In this document: piece after piece, positions 23,736 through 41,169 of the stretch | How the letters are laid out: each line of letters starts with the position of its first letter | Position numbering within the stretch: position 1 is the first letter of the stretch | Origin: Camelus ferus | Lineage: Eukaryota | Direction of reading: 5' to 3' | Assembly: GCF_009834535.1 (NCBI RefSeq) | Contig: NC_045711.1 | Span: 20,398,001-20,462,000 of the forward strand | DNA: 64,000 nucleotides | Notes under the pieces: generated by a model | What the model was told of the DNA's origin: nothing | Seen by the model: only the letters and a program-made list of their open reading frames with translations | Databases searched by the model: none | Position numbers and translations under genes: made by a program

Positions 23736-26700
23736 ATGCCAAAGCTGCAGGGCTTCGAGTTCTGGAGCCGCACCCTGGGGGGGGCCCGCCACGTGGTGGC
23801 CCCCATGGTGGACCAAAGCGAGCTGGCCTGGAGGCTGCTGAGTCGCCGCCACGGGGCCCAGCTGTGCTACACGCCCATGCTGCACGCCCAGGTCTTCGTC
23901 CGCGATGCCAACTACCGCAAAGAGAACCTGTACTGCGAAGTGTGCCCCGAGGACCGGCCCCTCATCGTGCAGGTGGGCAGGGCGAGAGCCCTAGACGGCC
24001 AGCAGGGCGCCTTTCCCTCAGCCTCCCTGGGAACAGCCCTTGAGATCCTCGGGGAGACTTTGAGGCCACGGGCTGCCGTTTGTCCGAGACTGACCCCTTT
24101 CCAAGAGCAGTCTCTGACTTCTGGCGAACAGACGGCTTGGGTGCTGTGAAAGACTCATGGCCCCCTGACATCACCCACACGTGTCTCTTGTAGCTCCCTG
24201 CTTATCAGAACCGTTCGAAAGAACGGCTCTGCTCTTGGCCAAGTCAGCGATGCCGGCTTTCCATGTGAGTCTCTCACTCAGCCTGCTGCTGGCCTGGGGA
24301 CGCGTCCCAGCTCAGTCACACTGTGACATTTGGGACGGGCTGCCTCATGTGCTCATCCCCGGGACCACACCCCCGCTGGTCACACGTGGACCCCTCGGGG
24401 CAGCTTGGGGGCTGGGGCCTGGCTGGGGCTCATGGCGACTTTCGTCTCCTCCAGTTCTGTGCCAATGACCCAGAGGTGTTTGTCCAGGCGGCTCTCCTGG
24501 CGCAGGATTACTGTGACGCCATTGACCTGAATCTGGGTTGCCCGCAGATGATAGCCAAGCGCGGTGAGTGCCGGCTTTAGGCAGAGGTGTGGCTCTGAGC
24601 GCAGGTGCCCTGGGAGCGAGCGAGGTGAGGGCTTGGCGCAGGCTTGGCCCTGCCTCAGGTGGTGGCAGCTCAGGCGGCAGCCAGTCGTCTCTTTGCTCCT
24701 CTCTCTGGATGGCAGCCCACCTCGGGTGCCAGGGTCAGGGGCTGGGGTTCAGCTGGCTGGTAGAGGCCAGTCGCTCCCTTTGTTGCTGGGTTATGTCGTT
24801 GGACTCCCTCTGGATAAACTGGTTTTGCTGAAAGGAGTTCCGCCCCAATACTCTTGTGCTGCCTTGGGTGCCAGTGGCTGCTCCCCTGGCATCTTGGCCT
24901 TTGTCCCTGGGCCTGAGGATGTGCCAGTTGACCAGAGACCGTGTAGGGTGGGCGTTCCGTTCAGTACTCGTGTGCTCAGGCCACGTGGAGAATAGAACCT
25001 GGCCAGGCAGCTCTTGGCCCGTGTGGCTGCAGGAGGGGTGCAGAGGCCATGTCTGTCCTTCGTAGGTCACTACGGCGCCTTTCTGCAGGAGGAGTGGGAC
25101 CTGCTCCAGAGAATGAGTGAGTTGGCCACATGCTCCCTGCGGGGATTGGGGCCGCGCTGTGGACAGCGGCAAGCCCCAGAGACAGCCTGGCAGGGCTCGG
25201 GAAAGGACAGTGGCCAGCAGAATCCTGGCCGTGGCGCTCTCCCTGTGGTAGAAGGCGGCTGTGAAGAGTGGCCCGTCCCATGCCAGCCACCCCCTTAGAA
25301 CCAGATAGTGGGTGCTGGGGCAGCGTCGTCGCCCATTGCCGGCTCTCCTGGCGCCTGGGGGTGGGAGGCGGGGCTCTCAGCGGCTGCCTGCGGGTGGGCC
25401 CCTACAGCCTGCCTCTCGGAACCCACGCTGCCGTCCCCCAGTTCTGCTCGCTCACGAGAAGCTCTCCGTCCCCGTCACGTGCAAGATCCGCGTCTTCCCA
25501 GAGATCGACAAGACCGTGCGGTACGCCCAGATGCTGGAGAAGGCTGGCTGCCAGGTGAGGGCCCCGTGCTGTCCCCCGCCTCTAGGAGCACCTTTGAGGG
25601 CTTACCCCTGGGGTGGGCCGGATTCACAGGGACTTTTAGGTGGTGGTTGGGGACGCCAGTACTGGGTAGGGGGTGCTGAGCCTCAGCCACCTTCTCCCCA
25701 CCCCCCCAGCCCTTTCCTTCCTCTTTCGTGCCTTTGGCCTTGGGCAGCGGAGCTACTGCTGCTTCCAAGAGAGCAGGGTCTTTTGAGAAAGGGTCTGGAC
25801 CTCACTCTGAATCCTGGGTGGCGTTGGGGGTGGGGGGGGCCTCTGATGTGGGAGCCCCAGGTAGCACCCCCACGGTGTCAGTGGCCCTAAGTGCAGCCCA
25901 GAGGACCAGGGTGGGGACTGAGTGAGCCAGGCACAGGATGGCCTCTGCTCTGCTCCGCATGGGAAGCTGATGCCCCGCAGCCGAAGGCAGAGGGTTCCCT
26001 GCAGTTGGTTTGGGGGCTGCAGCGGAGAGCCTGGCTGAGCTGGCGCTGTTGTGCCCTAGTTGCTGACAGTGCACGGCCGCACCAAAGAGCAAAAGGGGCC
26101 CCTGTCCGGCAGCGCGTCCTGGGAGCACATCAAGGCTGTGCGGTGAGTGGGCCCTGGGGGAAACCGGGGGCCGGGGGCATTACAGTCTGGCCCCAGGGCA
26201 GGGCACTCAGCCCTTTGAGTGTAGGGTTGGGGTGGGGAGGCTGGGGGCTGGGGGAAGGGAGAGGCCCTGCCTGGATGGAGTCTGACGGGTGGGGACGGGC
26301 CAGCATCCTCTTCTGAGTGTCTGCCCGTCCTACTCCCAACAGGAAGGCGGTGGCCATCCCTGTGTTTGCCAACGGGAACATCCAGTGTCTGCGGGATGTG
26401 GAGCGCTGCCTCCAGGACACGGGGGTACAGGGGGTCATGAGTGCAGGTGAGGGTGCACCCTTGCCCATGGAGGGACCCATCCGCGTTGTGGGGCCACTGG
26501 CCCAGCTGAATGGCCTCAGGCTCATGCTGCCCGCACTGAGGGGCCCCGCCTGCTTGACAGGCCAGAGCTTTCAGGCCAGTGGCTGGCCTTGCCCTGGCAG
26601 GGGGTGAGGCAGGGGGCACATCCCTCTGGGGTGTGAGCCCCTGAGCCTCAAGCCCCCTTCCCCTGCAGAGGGAAACCTGCACAACCCTGCCCTGTTTGAG

Positions 26701-28830
26701 GGCCGCAGCCCCGCCGTCTGGGAGCTGGCCGAGGAGTACCTGGACATTGTGCGCCAGCACCCCTGCCCCCTGTCCTACGTCCGTGCCCACCTCTTCAAGC
26801 TGTGGCACCACACGTGAGTTGCCCCCAGGGCAAAAGTTGTCTGGTCTGAGCCCTGCCTGGGCACTGAGGGTTTTAAGATGGACTCAGGTCTAGGGGGCTG
26901 CAGTGATGGAGCGGGGCAGGAGGCAGGGGGCCTGAGTCAGAGGAGAGACTGGCCTCTGCCCAGTGCTCGGTGGCTCTGATGGGCCATGTGTCTCAGGCTG
27001 CAGGTGCATCAGCAGCTTCGTGAGGAGCTCGCCAAGGTGAAGACCCTGGAGGGCGTTGTGGCGGTGAGCCGGGAGCTGAGGCTGCGGTGTCAGGTGGGTG
27101 CCGCAGTGGTGTGGTGCCGGGCGGCGGGAGAGGGGCTGGGGCCTCTGACCCTGGGGCCTCTGGGCTTTTGCAGGAGGATATATCCAGGCAGAAGGAGGGA
27201 GAGAAGCCTTCGGGCAGCTTGCCTTTCTCCCACTGGATCTGCCAGCCCTATTTCCGGCCAGGGTGAGCCTCTTGCATGTGGGCTGGGGGGCGAGGGGGGC
27301 CAGCTCCATCCCCTCAGGGACCGCGCTTGTTGGGGGCGGCACGGGGCGGGCTCTCCGTTGTCAGCCTGTGCTTAGGTTTTAAATCATTTCTTTTTGTAAG
27401 CTGCTTTTCTAAGCTCCTCTGATCCTGGGTGAATTTGTCCTGGCGTCAGGAGGTGACCCTCCTGGGCTTCCTCTGGGTTGTCATCTGTAGCCACAGCCCT
27501 GCTCAGTGGCTCAGACCCTGGTGCCCCACCGTGTCCCAGTCTCTGTGCCAGCCACTGGGGCCCAGCCCCGGCTTGGGCAGCCTGAACCGAGCCCCAGAGG
27601 AGCTGCACGCGTTTCCTCACCCTGGGGCTGCAGCGGGCCGGCTGCCCCTCGTGGGCCTTCCCCAGCTCTACCCGCTGCCCCTTCTTTCCAGGCCCAGGGA
27701 GGGGAGCAAGGAAGGTGGGGCTGCCCGCAGCAAGCGGGCCCTGGAGGACGAGGAGGGCATCACGGACATCTTGTCCAAGAATAAGCAGAAGAAGCAGCTG
27801 AGGAACCCCCACAAGACCTTCGACCCCTCACTGAAGCGTAAGCTGCTCCCACTGCTGGAGTCTGGGGAGGAGGCTGCCCACCCCCGTGGGGGGCCCCCAG
27901 GACAGGTGCTCTGATGCTTCCTAAGAGCAGGAAGGGCCCTGTGACCTGTCCACAAGCCCCCAAGGAGGCTGGTGGGTTCCAGGAGGCCCCAGCCAGCAGC
28001 CCTGCCTGCTATCTTCCCTCAGGGCTGCCATCCCAAGAAGGGCCTTCCAGTGGGAGGCGTCTGTGGTGGGCATGGAGCCCGAAGACCATTGGGTGGGTGG
28101 GAGGAGGTTTCCCAGCAGGACCATGCACGCCGCGTCCTCTGCCCTCCCAGAGCCGCCCAGCCAGTGAGCGGGGACAGTCCCTGGGGGCTCTGTGGAGGAG
28201 ATGGCCATGGTGGGTGGGCCTGCCTCCTTCAACCAGCACCTCTTTTTGTTCTTTTCCCAGCAAAATATGCCAAGTGTGATCAGTGTGGAAACCCAAAGGT
28301 GAGGCCTGGCCCAGGGCAGAGCTCAGCCCCCGGAGGGGTGGGCACCTGGGCGAGCGCCCTTTTCCTGGCTGGGAGGGGCTTCTTCCCTGTGAGGCTGGCG
28401 CTGCCCAGCCTAGGACAGCCCCTCCTGTGCTCCTGGCCAGCCCTGGCCACTCGCTGAGGCTCCAGGGCGGCCAGGGAAGGGCACCAGCCCCAGGCTCACA
28501 GGCTTTCCTCCTTCCAGGGCAGCAGGTGTGTGTTTAACCTCTGCCGTGGCTGCTGCAAGAAGCGAGCTTTCCGAGAAACCGCTGACTGCCCAGGTGAGGG
28601 TACCTGCTGCCCTCAGCACCCCCACCCTTGCCGGGCAGTTGGCTCTGCAGCCTCCTAAGCCCCGTTTCCCTCCTCTTACCCCTCTGCCAGGTCATGGGCT
28701 GCTCTTTAAAACCAAACTGGAGAAGTCCCTGGCCTGGAAGGGGGCCCGGCCCCAGCTGCAGGAAGCTCAGCAGGCAGGGCCTGGGGAAGCAAGTGGCTTT
28801 CCTGAGGTCGTGGGCAGTGCCCTGGCCTGA
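23736..28830 (+). CDS. DUS1L: tRNA-dihydrouridine(16/17) synthase [NAD(P)+]-like; intact
   Basis: Exons 23736-23972, 24455-24563, 25066-25116, 25442-25554, 26060-26142, 26343-26446, 26669-26813, 26997-27093, 27174-27262, 27692-27837, 28261-28298, 28518-28593, 28691-28830; phases consistent. Motifs [38 protein letters not shown] and the C-terminal Cys cluster CDQCGNP/CRGCC. Confidence 0.98.
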
Positions 28831-29059
28831 AGGGCAGCTGCAGCCCCCGTGCCACCCACCAGGCCTCAGGCCCGCTGCCGAAGCCTCGGCACATCCTGCT
28901 CAAGGAAACGCCTTTACTCAGGGAACCTCCTGCTATTTCACGTGGAAGCTCAAGCTGGTCCCCCTCAGCCCAGGCTGAGGGCCCGGAGGTGCTGCACCAG
29001 GGAGCAGGCTCCCCGGCAGAACTGGCCCGTCCTCACAACTCTCGTGTGTTCACATAGAC

Positions 29060-29065
29060 AATAAA
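29060..29065 (+). terminator. DUS1L polyadenylation signal AATAAA
   Basis: First AATAAA about 230 nt after the stop. Confidence 0.8.
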
Positions 29066-29347
29066 TCACTTCAAAGTTGGGCGTGCAGAGAGCTGGCCTG
29101 CAGCCTTCCCAGGTCATCCAGACCTGGGTGGAGTCGGGGCCAGCAGGACGGGGGAAGGGTAGCAACGTCCCACCTGAAGGGCCACGCACTGGTGCAGCCC
29201 TGCAGAGCCACGCGGGGGAGGCTCAGCTCCCTCCTGCCACCCGCATGGTACCTGAATGTGCAGAGGGGGAGCCCAAGGGACTGGGGCCTGGGCCAGAGGA
29301 CCCCACGGAGACAGGAAGGAGTGGTGCGGGGTGTTCTCAGGCTGCCC

Positions 29348-29353
29348 TTTAAT
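29348..29353 (-). terminator. Likely GPS1 polyadenylation signal (ATTAAA on the minus strand)
   Basis: TTTAAT on the plus strand about 305 nt beyond the GPS1 stop. Confidence 0.55.
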
Positions 29354-29657
29354 GGACTGAGATTCAACAACTGTAGCCCCAGACGACGCACCAACATGGG
29401 GGCTGGGCAGTGTGCTGCCGGGTGGGGCCCTGAGTGCCACAGGGGTGAGCCCTGCAGGCTCCCCTTCCAGCAAAGCCCACCTCTGCCCCAGGGCCCCAGG
29501 CACAGGGTGCAGCAAGGGGGAGGGAAGGGGCCGAGGGCCACATCATCCAGCAGCCAGGTCCCACAAGAGGCCACAGTCGATGCCTCCAGACGTCTGCGGG
29601 AGCAGGTGGGAGGCCTGGAGCAGGTGGGGCGAGGCGTCCTGGAGGCCACCGGGGTCC

Positions 29658-34458
<4,801 letters not shown>

Positions 34459-34598
34459 CTTCGCCCACCCCGCCGCAGCGCGCCGTCCACTTCCGGGGCA
34501 GCGCGACCGCCGCTTCCGGGTCGTGGCGCGGGAGGGGGCGGCCCTTAAAGGGACCGCGGCGCGCCTGGCCGGGCGGTGCCCGCGGGTCCCGCGGCCGC

Positions 34599-37500
34599 AT
34601 GAGCCGCGCGCGAGGGGCTCTGTGCCGGGCCTGCCTCGCGCTGGCCGCGGCCCTGGCCGCGCTGCTGCTGCTGCCGCTGCCGCCGCCGCTGTCCCGCGCG
34701 CCCGTGCCGGCCCCGACCCGGGCCCCGGCCCCGACCCGGGCCCCGACCCCCGACCCCGGCCCGCGCGCGCCCCCTGCCCGGCCCGCCGCCTCCCCGCTCC
34801 TGCGGCCCGACGACGTCTTCATCGCGGTCAAGACCACCCGGAAAAACCATGGGCCGCGCCTGGGGCTGCTGCTGCGCACCTGGATCTCCCGCGCCCGACG
34901 GCAGGTGGGCCCCGCCCGCCGGGGGACCCCGCCGACCCCGGCCGCCTCTCACGCCCTGGGATCCCTGCCCCCCGGATTCCCGACCTTGGGACCCCCATCC
35001 CGGCACTGCCACCACCCCCTCCACGACTCCTGCCCTCTGGACATCCACCATTGGGATCCTCCACCTGGGACCTGTACCCGGCACCTCCGCCTTGGGACCC
35101 CCCCCCTTCAACCCCGCCCAGGACCCGCTGCCCACTGCTGTGTCCCCAGCAGGGCAGTCAAGCCCCAGACCATGAGTATGTCCACCCTCTCCCGCCCCTT
35201 TCTGGGCTCAGTGTTGGGTGGGTTCTCCGGCTGATACTGGATGAGACCCCAGAAACTTCTCCAGTGAGAGCAGGCCCAGCCCCAGTGGCACCAGGCGTGC
35301 TGAGTGTTCTGGCAGGCTATCCCTGGAACACTGCCCCCCCTTTTCGGTGACCCCAACCTGTTTGAGCTCAGCCTGCCCCCCCACCCCGATGCCTCACAGG
35401 CTGTCTCTCCGCAGACATTCATCTTCACCGACGGGGACGACCCTGAGCTGCAGCTCCAGGGAGGTGCGTGCCCCCCGAGCCCAGCCCTGCTGGCCTGCCT
35501 GAAGGCCTCCTCCAAGGTGTCCCTCAGTCCAGTGCCACACGGCCCCCTGCTGTGTGCAGGCGGGGTGGGGGTGTTGAAGCACCTTCCCAGGGTCACACAA
35601 CTGGTAGAGAACAGAGTCAGGATGCCCACCTGGCACTGACCCAGCGTCCAGGGCCCACTCTGCCAGCCACGCTCTGCCTCCCTTGCCTCCCTCGGCCACT
35701 GGCTGACTTCCCAGGGTCCCTGGCTAGAGCCATGTCCCCTGAAGAGGTGCCAGTAAGGAACCGTCCCTTCCAGGCCTGCTTCAATCAGGATGGTCTCACC
35801 TCAAGTCCTGTTTCCGGGCGAGTTTCTCCTTGTAGGCTTCAATGGTTGTCGTCTGTCTGGACCTCAGAGGTCAGCAGCAGGGTCATCCGAGTGGGGCCAC
35901 GACAGGTCTACCGTTGTACCCCGCCTTGGAGCCTTGAGCAGGACAGCTGCATTTTGCCCTGACTTCAGTGGGGTGGGCTGGCAGTGGGCCTCGCCCTGGC
36001 CTCCATGCTTCTGTGTCTCCACCCGGCAGGCAGCCACGTCGTCAACACCAACTGCTCGGCTGTGCACACCCGCCAGGCTCTGTGCTGCAAGATGTCGGTG
36101 GAGTATGACAAGTTCATCGAGTCCGGACGCAAGTACGTGGTGGCTGCGCGCCCATGCCCTCCCCCCAGAGTGCCCAGGGCCGAGGCTGGGCCCACACCCC
36201 TGGGCCTGGGGTGGAGGCCTCTCCCCCTGGGCCAGGCCTCGCTCCAGAGAGTCCTGCACCTCTCCCAGGTGGTTCTGCCACGTGGACGATGACAACTACG
36301 TGAACTCGGAAGGCCTGCTGCAGCTGCTGGCCACCTTCTCACCTAGCCAGGACGTCTACCTGGGGCGGCCCAGCCTGGACCACCCCATCGAGGCTACTGA
36401 GCGGGTCCAGGAAGGTGGCACCGTGAGTGCTGGGGCCGGGGAGGGGCAGCTGAGAGCATGGAGACCCCAGCCGGGAAGAGGCAGGTGTCCAATCCACCCA
36501 GAGGGGGCTTTTCGGGAGCTGGGCCAGTGAGGAGGGGCCATGGGAGGGGCTGGGGCCACAGGAGACTGCATGGGAGAAGTCTGGGTTCCCCGGCACTCCG
36601 AGGGGCCTTCTGTCGCTTGCCTAGGAGCCCTGAAGGGCGGCTTAAGGACAACCCCCGGGGTGTTTAGGTGAAGAGTCAGGGTGGGGAGCCCTGACTGCCA
36701 GCTCTCTCCACCCAGGTGACCACCGTCAAGTTTTGGTTCGCTACAGGCGGGGCCGGGTTCTGCCTGAGCCGGGGCCTGGCCCTCAAGATGAGCCCCTGGG
36801 CCAGGTGAGTGGGGCGGCAAGAGTGCGGGCTGGGGGTACAGAGATAGGGTGGCGCTGACCTGTCCTCCACTGCCCACCCCCAGCCTGGGCAGCTTCATGA
36901 GCACCGCCGAGCGCGTGCGGCTGCCGGACGACTGCACGGTGGGCTACATCGTGGAGGGGCTGCTGGGTGCCCGCCTGCTGCACAGCTCCCTTTTCCACTC
37001 CCACCTGGAGAACCTGCAGAGGCTGCCGCCCAACTCCGTGCTCCAGCAGGTAGGCCCGCCCGGCCCCTGCCCTCTGCTGGGTCCCGCGCGCTCATCCCAC
37101 TCGGCGCCCGAGTGGGCTCCTGGTTGAGCAAGGACTCAGGGGTGGGTCCCAGCACTCCGGCAAATTTGCCAGGCCCCAGGATCCTGGGTGTAGGGGGCTC
37201 CCAGACTCAATGTCGGGGCCCGTTTGAAAAGGGTAGCATCTGGGCTTTCCGAGGCAGATGGGCCCAGGGCAGCGGTCCGGGGGTGACGGGAGGGAGGATC
37301 AGCTTTGGGCAGAGGGTTGCAAAGCCCTCACCCCCACACGTGCGCCAGCCACCTCTCTAGGTGTCTTGCATGCTGGCCGAGGCCGCCCGCGGCCCTCAGC
37401 CCACGTCGCCCTCCAGTGCTGCTCCTGAGTCTGCCCTGAGGGCACCGGGTCGGGGGCTCTGGGGAACTGGGAGGCCGAGCGGCCTCTCCCCTGGAGGGCA

Positions 37501-37796
37501 CAGCAGGAGACGCTGGCCCGAAGAGAGCGACTGTCCCTCCTCCTCTTCCCCAGGTCACCCTGAGCTATGGGGGCCCTGAGAACCCTCAGAACGTGGTGAA
37601 CGTGGCCGGAGGCTTCAGCCGGGAGCAGGACCCCACAAGGTGAGGGGCGGGCAGGGGAGGCGTGCTGGCACCAGCCCTCCCTCCCTGCAGCCCTGACCCC
37701 CACTTCCCTCCCAGGTTTAAGTCCATCCACTGCCTTCTCTACCCGGACACAGACTGGTGTCCTGCGCGGAAGCAGGATGACCTCGCTTCTCGGTGA
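34599..37796 (+). CDS. RFNG: Beta-1,3-N-acetylglucosaminyltransferase radical fringe, 344 aa; intact
   Basis: Exons 34599-34904, 35415-35463, 36030-36132, 36269-36422, 36716-36804, 36884-37049, 37554-37639, 37715-37796 (1035 nt). Signal anchor, [19 protein letters not shown] (DxD), [15 protein letters not shown]. Confidence 0.98.
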
Positions 37797-38579
37797 CCTT
37801 CGACCCGTGACCCAAACGTGGCTCTGGCTCTGCCCCCAGTGTGGGTGGGCGACGGCTGCCCAAGGGAGCAGGAACTGCCCGCCCTGGGCTCAGTCAGCTG
37901 CCCCAGGTGGCTACGGCCACGGCCTCATCCAGGGGGACACTCGGGCTGGCCTGCCAACTCCTACATGGCCCCTGGCAGGCCTGGCGCCGTGTTCCTGCCC
38001 TGGGGTCCAGGCTTTGCAGCGTGCAGGATGCTCCTCCTCCAAGCCCAGCCCCCACTGTCACCTGAAGGGCCTCCACCCAAGGGTGAGGGGGCCTGGGACG
38101 GGGCTGGCATCCGGCTCCCAGGGCTCCATCCTGCTCCCCTCCTTGCTGGAGAGGGGACTCCAGGCCAGGGTCTTGGGTGAGGTCTCGCAGCCAAGCAGCG
38201 GGAACTGCAGCGGCTGCGCCGGCTGTCCTCCCAGGGGGGCTGCCCTCCACACGCCAGGCTCGGAGCCCAGCCAGGGCCGCCCTGCCTCTGAGGGGAGCTG
38301 CACGCCGGGACGCAGGCCCCTGGCCGGCTGCACTAGGCACCGATCACTCCTAGCCCAGGCATCTCCGCTCAGGGGCTGACTCACTGCTCAGTGCTTCCCC
38401 ATCCCCTCCCCCCACCCCACGTCCTTAAAACAGTGGGAGCCTCTTGCCTGGGGTCCCCCTGCAGTGAGACATCCCCGTCCTGCCAGCGGACTCACCTTGA
38501 CGGTACTTTTCCAGGGAGGAGAAACAGACAGGGGAGGCAGCGCCTGCCCTCTGCTCCTGCTCGGCTGCTGCAGCGAGTG

Positions 38580-38585
38580 AATAAA
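38580..38585 (+). terminator. RFNG polyadenylation signal AATAAA
   Basis: AATAAA followed by U-rich sequence, about 785 nt after the stop. Confidence 0.75.
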
Positions 38586-39798
38586 GGCTTGATTGTTATT
38601 CTCTGGTCCTTGTCTTAGTTAACCGGCTACACATGGAAGCTCAGCTCCGGACGGGGCCACACAGCATTCAGCTCCTCCCTGTGAGGCTCTGCCCCGAGAC
38701 CAGCTCCACCTGGGCAGAGCTGCCTTCCTCCCGGCCTCCCAGTCAGCCTTGAGCTGCCCGCTGGACTCCCCGGCGTGACTCGGAGCGTACATGGGGGTGG
38801 GGATCCTGCAGAAACGAGGGGAACATGACACACCTCGCCCCAGGAGGCAGACTTCCTGGGTGTTTTGCTTGCTTTTTCAGAACGCTGTGGCACGTGTGTG
38901 TGTGTCTCACAGGCACAGAAGCGTCCATGAGTGTGTGTGCATACGTTCACGGGTGTTCACGCGTGTGTGTGAACTGCTGTGTAAATGAGCGTATGCTGCT
39001 ATGTAGGTGGGTACGAACGTGTGCGTGCTGTGCAGAGGGGGGCAGACGTATGTGTCTCTGTGTTAGGGCAGGCCAGCAGTAAAGTACCCAAACAAGCAGC
39101 TTGGAGTCAGCAAAGGCTGGTGGTGGGGCACCTGGTCCCTTGGAGAGGTTTCTGGCAGGTCACCGGGGACTGTTTGTGCTCAGCGGCCACTCCCCCTCAC
39201 GTTCCCAGACATGAGATGTGCAGCAGCTCCTCGGGACCTAGACATGAGCTGAGCCTCCCAGGCCCCAGCCACGGGGGCCTCCGCAGAGCACAGACTCAGG
39301 GCAGCATCACATGGGACCAGACTGCCCCTCCCCAGCTGGGGCAGCCTCAGCCTCCCACCGGGACGGCCAGCCTCAGAGGTGCAGGCTCCCTCCTCGCCAG
39401 GTCCAGGGGAGCAGTCACCCCCAAGCCCAGCACCCTCCAAGGGGAGACGGGGCTGGCCGGCACCCTGACAGCTGCCAGGTCTGCCCCAGTGGGTGGTCCG
39501 TCTACTTCAGAGAAATGTTTGCTTGATTGCCTCTGAAAAATACACAAGAAATTGGTAAAAAATGTTTCTCTGTCCACTTTTTGACATTTTATAAGTAACA
39601 AATATGTTTTATAGTAGACATACAGCAGATGCATAATGAGCAAAAGTTAAAATTCTGTTAATAAGGTTCAAAATGAAGTTGCATGCATTCGGCCCTCCCG
39701 CTCACACTTTCTGGACAGCCACTTGCGGAGCGTCACTGAGCACCAGGCGCTGAGGGAGCACTAGGAGAGGGGTGAGCCCCAAAGTGGGCCAGCCCTCC

Positions 39799-39834
39799 GG
39801 GGGCGGGGCGGGGTGGGGCGGGGCGGGGCGGGGC
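39799..39834 (+). repeat. (GGGGC)7 imperfect repeat
   Basis: Read directly. Confidence 0.9.
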
Positions 39835-39884
39835 TGCCGGTGGGCGGGGCCTTTCCTGGGGGGTTGGAAGCACAGTCTGGCCCT

Positions 39885-40035
39885 GTTATCTGCAGATTCT
39901 GTATTTGCAAGCTCACCCTCAAGATAAAATTTATCTGCAACCCCAAAATCAACAGCTGCTTTTCTGGTCACCCTCAGACATGGGAAGAACGGTGAAAACC
40001 TTGGGTCGCCAGATGTGCCCACCCCAGCTGCGGGA
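39885..40035. mobile_element. Tigger4/Zombi (TcMar) DNA transposon fragment
   Basis: gcagattctgtatttgcaagctcacc...taaaatttatctgcaaccccaaaatcaa...ggtcaccctcagacatg...gtcgcc...cccagctg parallels the recalled Tigger4 consensus. Confidence 0.65.
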
Positions 40036-40124
40036 GAACCAGGCCAGGCTCTGCCTCAGAGATGCCGGGAGAGGATGCAGACAGCAGGGGGCAGTGCGGA
40101 GCAAGCAGGCCGCGCCGGCTCCGG

Positions 40125-40290
40125 GCCGGCGGGACTGGCTTGAATCCCAGCCGTGTACCTCTGGGTGGGGCAGCCTCCGGCAGGTCGCTTCACACCTCCG
40201 AACCTCCCCGTCTCTTTTGTAAAACAGGGGAAACAGAGTCTACAGGGATGAGTTGCTTGTAGGGTTCGAGATGCTAATCTCGGCAAAGTG
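40125..40290 (+). mobile_element. MIR SINE
   Basis: ggcttgaatcccagc...tcgcttcacacctccgaacctc...tcttttgtaaaacagggg core. Confidence 0.7.
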
Positions 40291-40587
40291 TGTGTGTGTG
40301 TATTTCCCCAAGAGCAAGGGCCCAGCATTACGTCATTCAGTATTCATAGCGACTTCGTACTTCCGCAAATAATGGGAATTAATGATGTTTGTATCTGAAT
40401 CTGCCTCTCAGGGATACCAGGCTAATCAAAATTGTATCTAGAAAATGAAAAATATACTGGGAATTAACTTCATTCTGGAGTTAGATTATGGTGGTGCTAT
40501 ACAACTCTGTGAATGTAATGAAAACTACTGAGTTAAGAATAAAAACAAAAACAAAAAGGGAAGTTTTAATTAGAAAAACAAAAAATA

Positions 40588-40770
40588 GGGGACGGTGTAG
40601 CTCAAGTGGCAGAGCATGTGCTTAGCATGCACGAGGTCCTGGGTTCAATCCCAGTGCCTCCTCCAAATATAAATGAATTGATAAACGTAATCACCTCCCT
40701 CTCATAAAACAAAAAGAAAAAGAAAAAAGTTAATTTTTTAATAAAAGAAAAAAAGGAAAAAATTAAAAAC
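40588..40770 (+). mobile_element. tRNA-Ala-derived SINE (Vic-1-like)
   Basis: ggggacggtgtagctcaagtggcagagcatgtgcttagcatgcacgaggtcctgggttcaatccc plus an A-rich tail. Confidence 0.9.
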
Positions 40771-40855
40771 CTACCGAATTATATACCCTTCAAAACTACA
40801 CTTTTTGATATGCGAATGGCGTCTCAGTAAAGATGCCACTTAAAAAGTGAGCCAA

Positions 40856-41065
40856 TATATACAGTATAGATAAACAAGGATCAGCTGCAGAGCACAGGGA
40901 ACTAGATTCAATTTCTTGACGTAACATAGTTGAAAAGAATCTGAAAAAACATGTATGTATGTAGATGCATAACTGAATGAATCAGTTTGCTGTACACCTG
41001 AAACTAACATTGTAAATCAATGACACCTCAATAAAAAATACAATTAAAAATACTTTTCTTCAAAA
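40856..41065 (+). mobile_element. 5'-truncated L1 3' end (artiodactyl-type) with a 14-bp target-site duplication
   Basis: aaacaagga...gcacagggaact...ctgtacacctgaaact...tgtaaatcaa; TSD aaaaagtga(g/a)ccaa at 40842-40855 and 41066-41079. Confidence 0.75.
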
Positions 41066-41169
41066 AAAAAGTGAACCAAGATGAAATTAAAAATTGAAAT
41101 ATCCCTGTATTACATAACTAGAACTTAATGACAAAAACATTCCCACAGAAATCTCTAGGGTCAGAAGTT

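Noticed and set aside
29060-29353. Sense-antisense overlap of DUS1L and GPS1 3'UTRs
   Set aside because: The predicted poly(A) signals leave about 250 bp between the ends, so overlap is not supported by sequence alone.
40588-40665. tRNA-Ala(AGC)-like cloverleaf
   Set aside because: Followed by the family-specific tail and A-rich end shared with six other copies; it is a SINE, not a tRNA gene.
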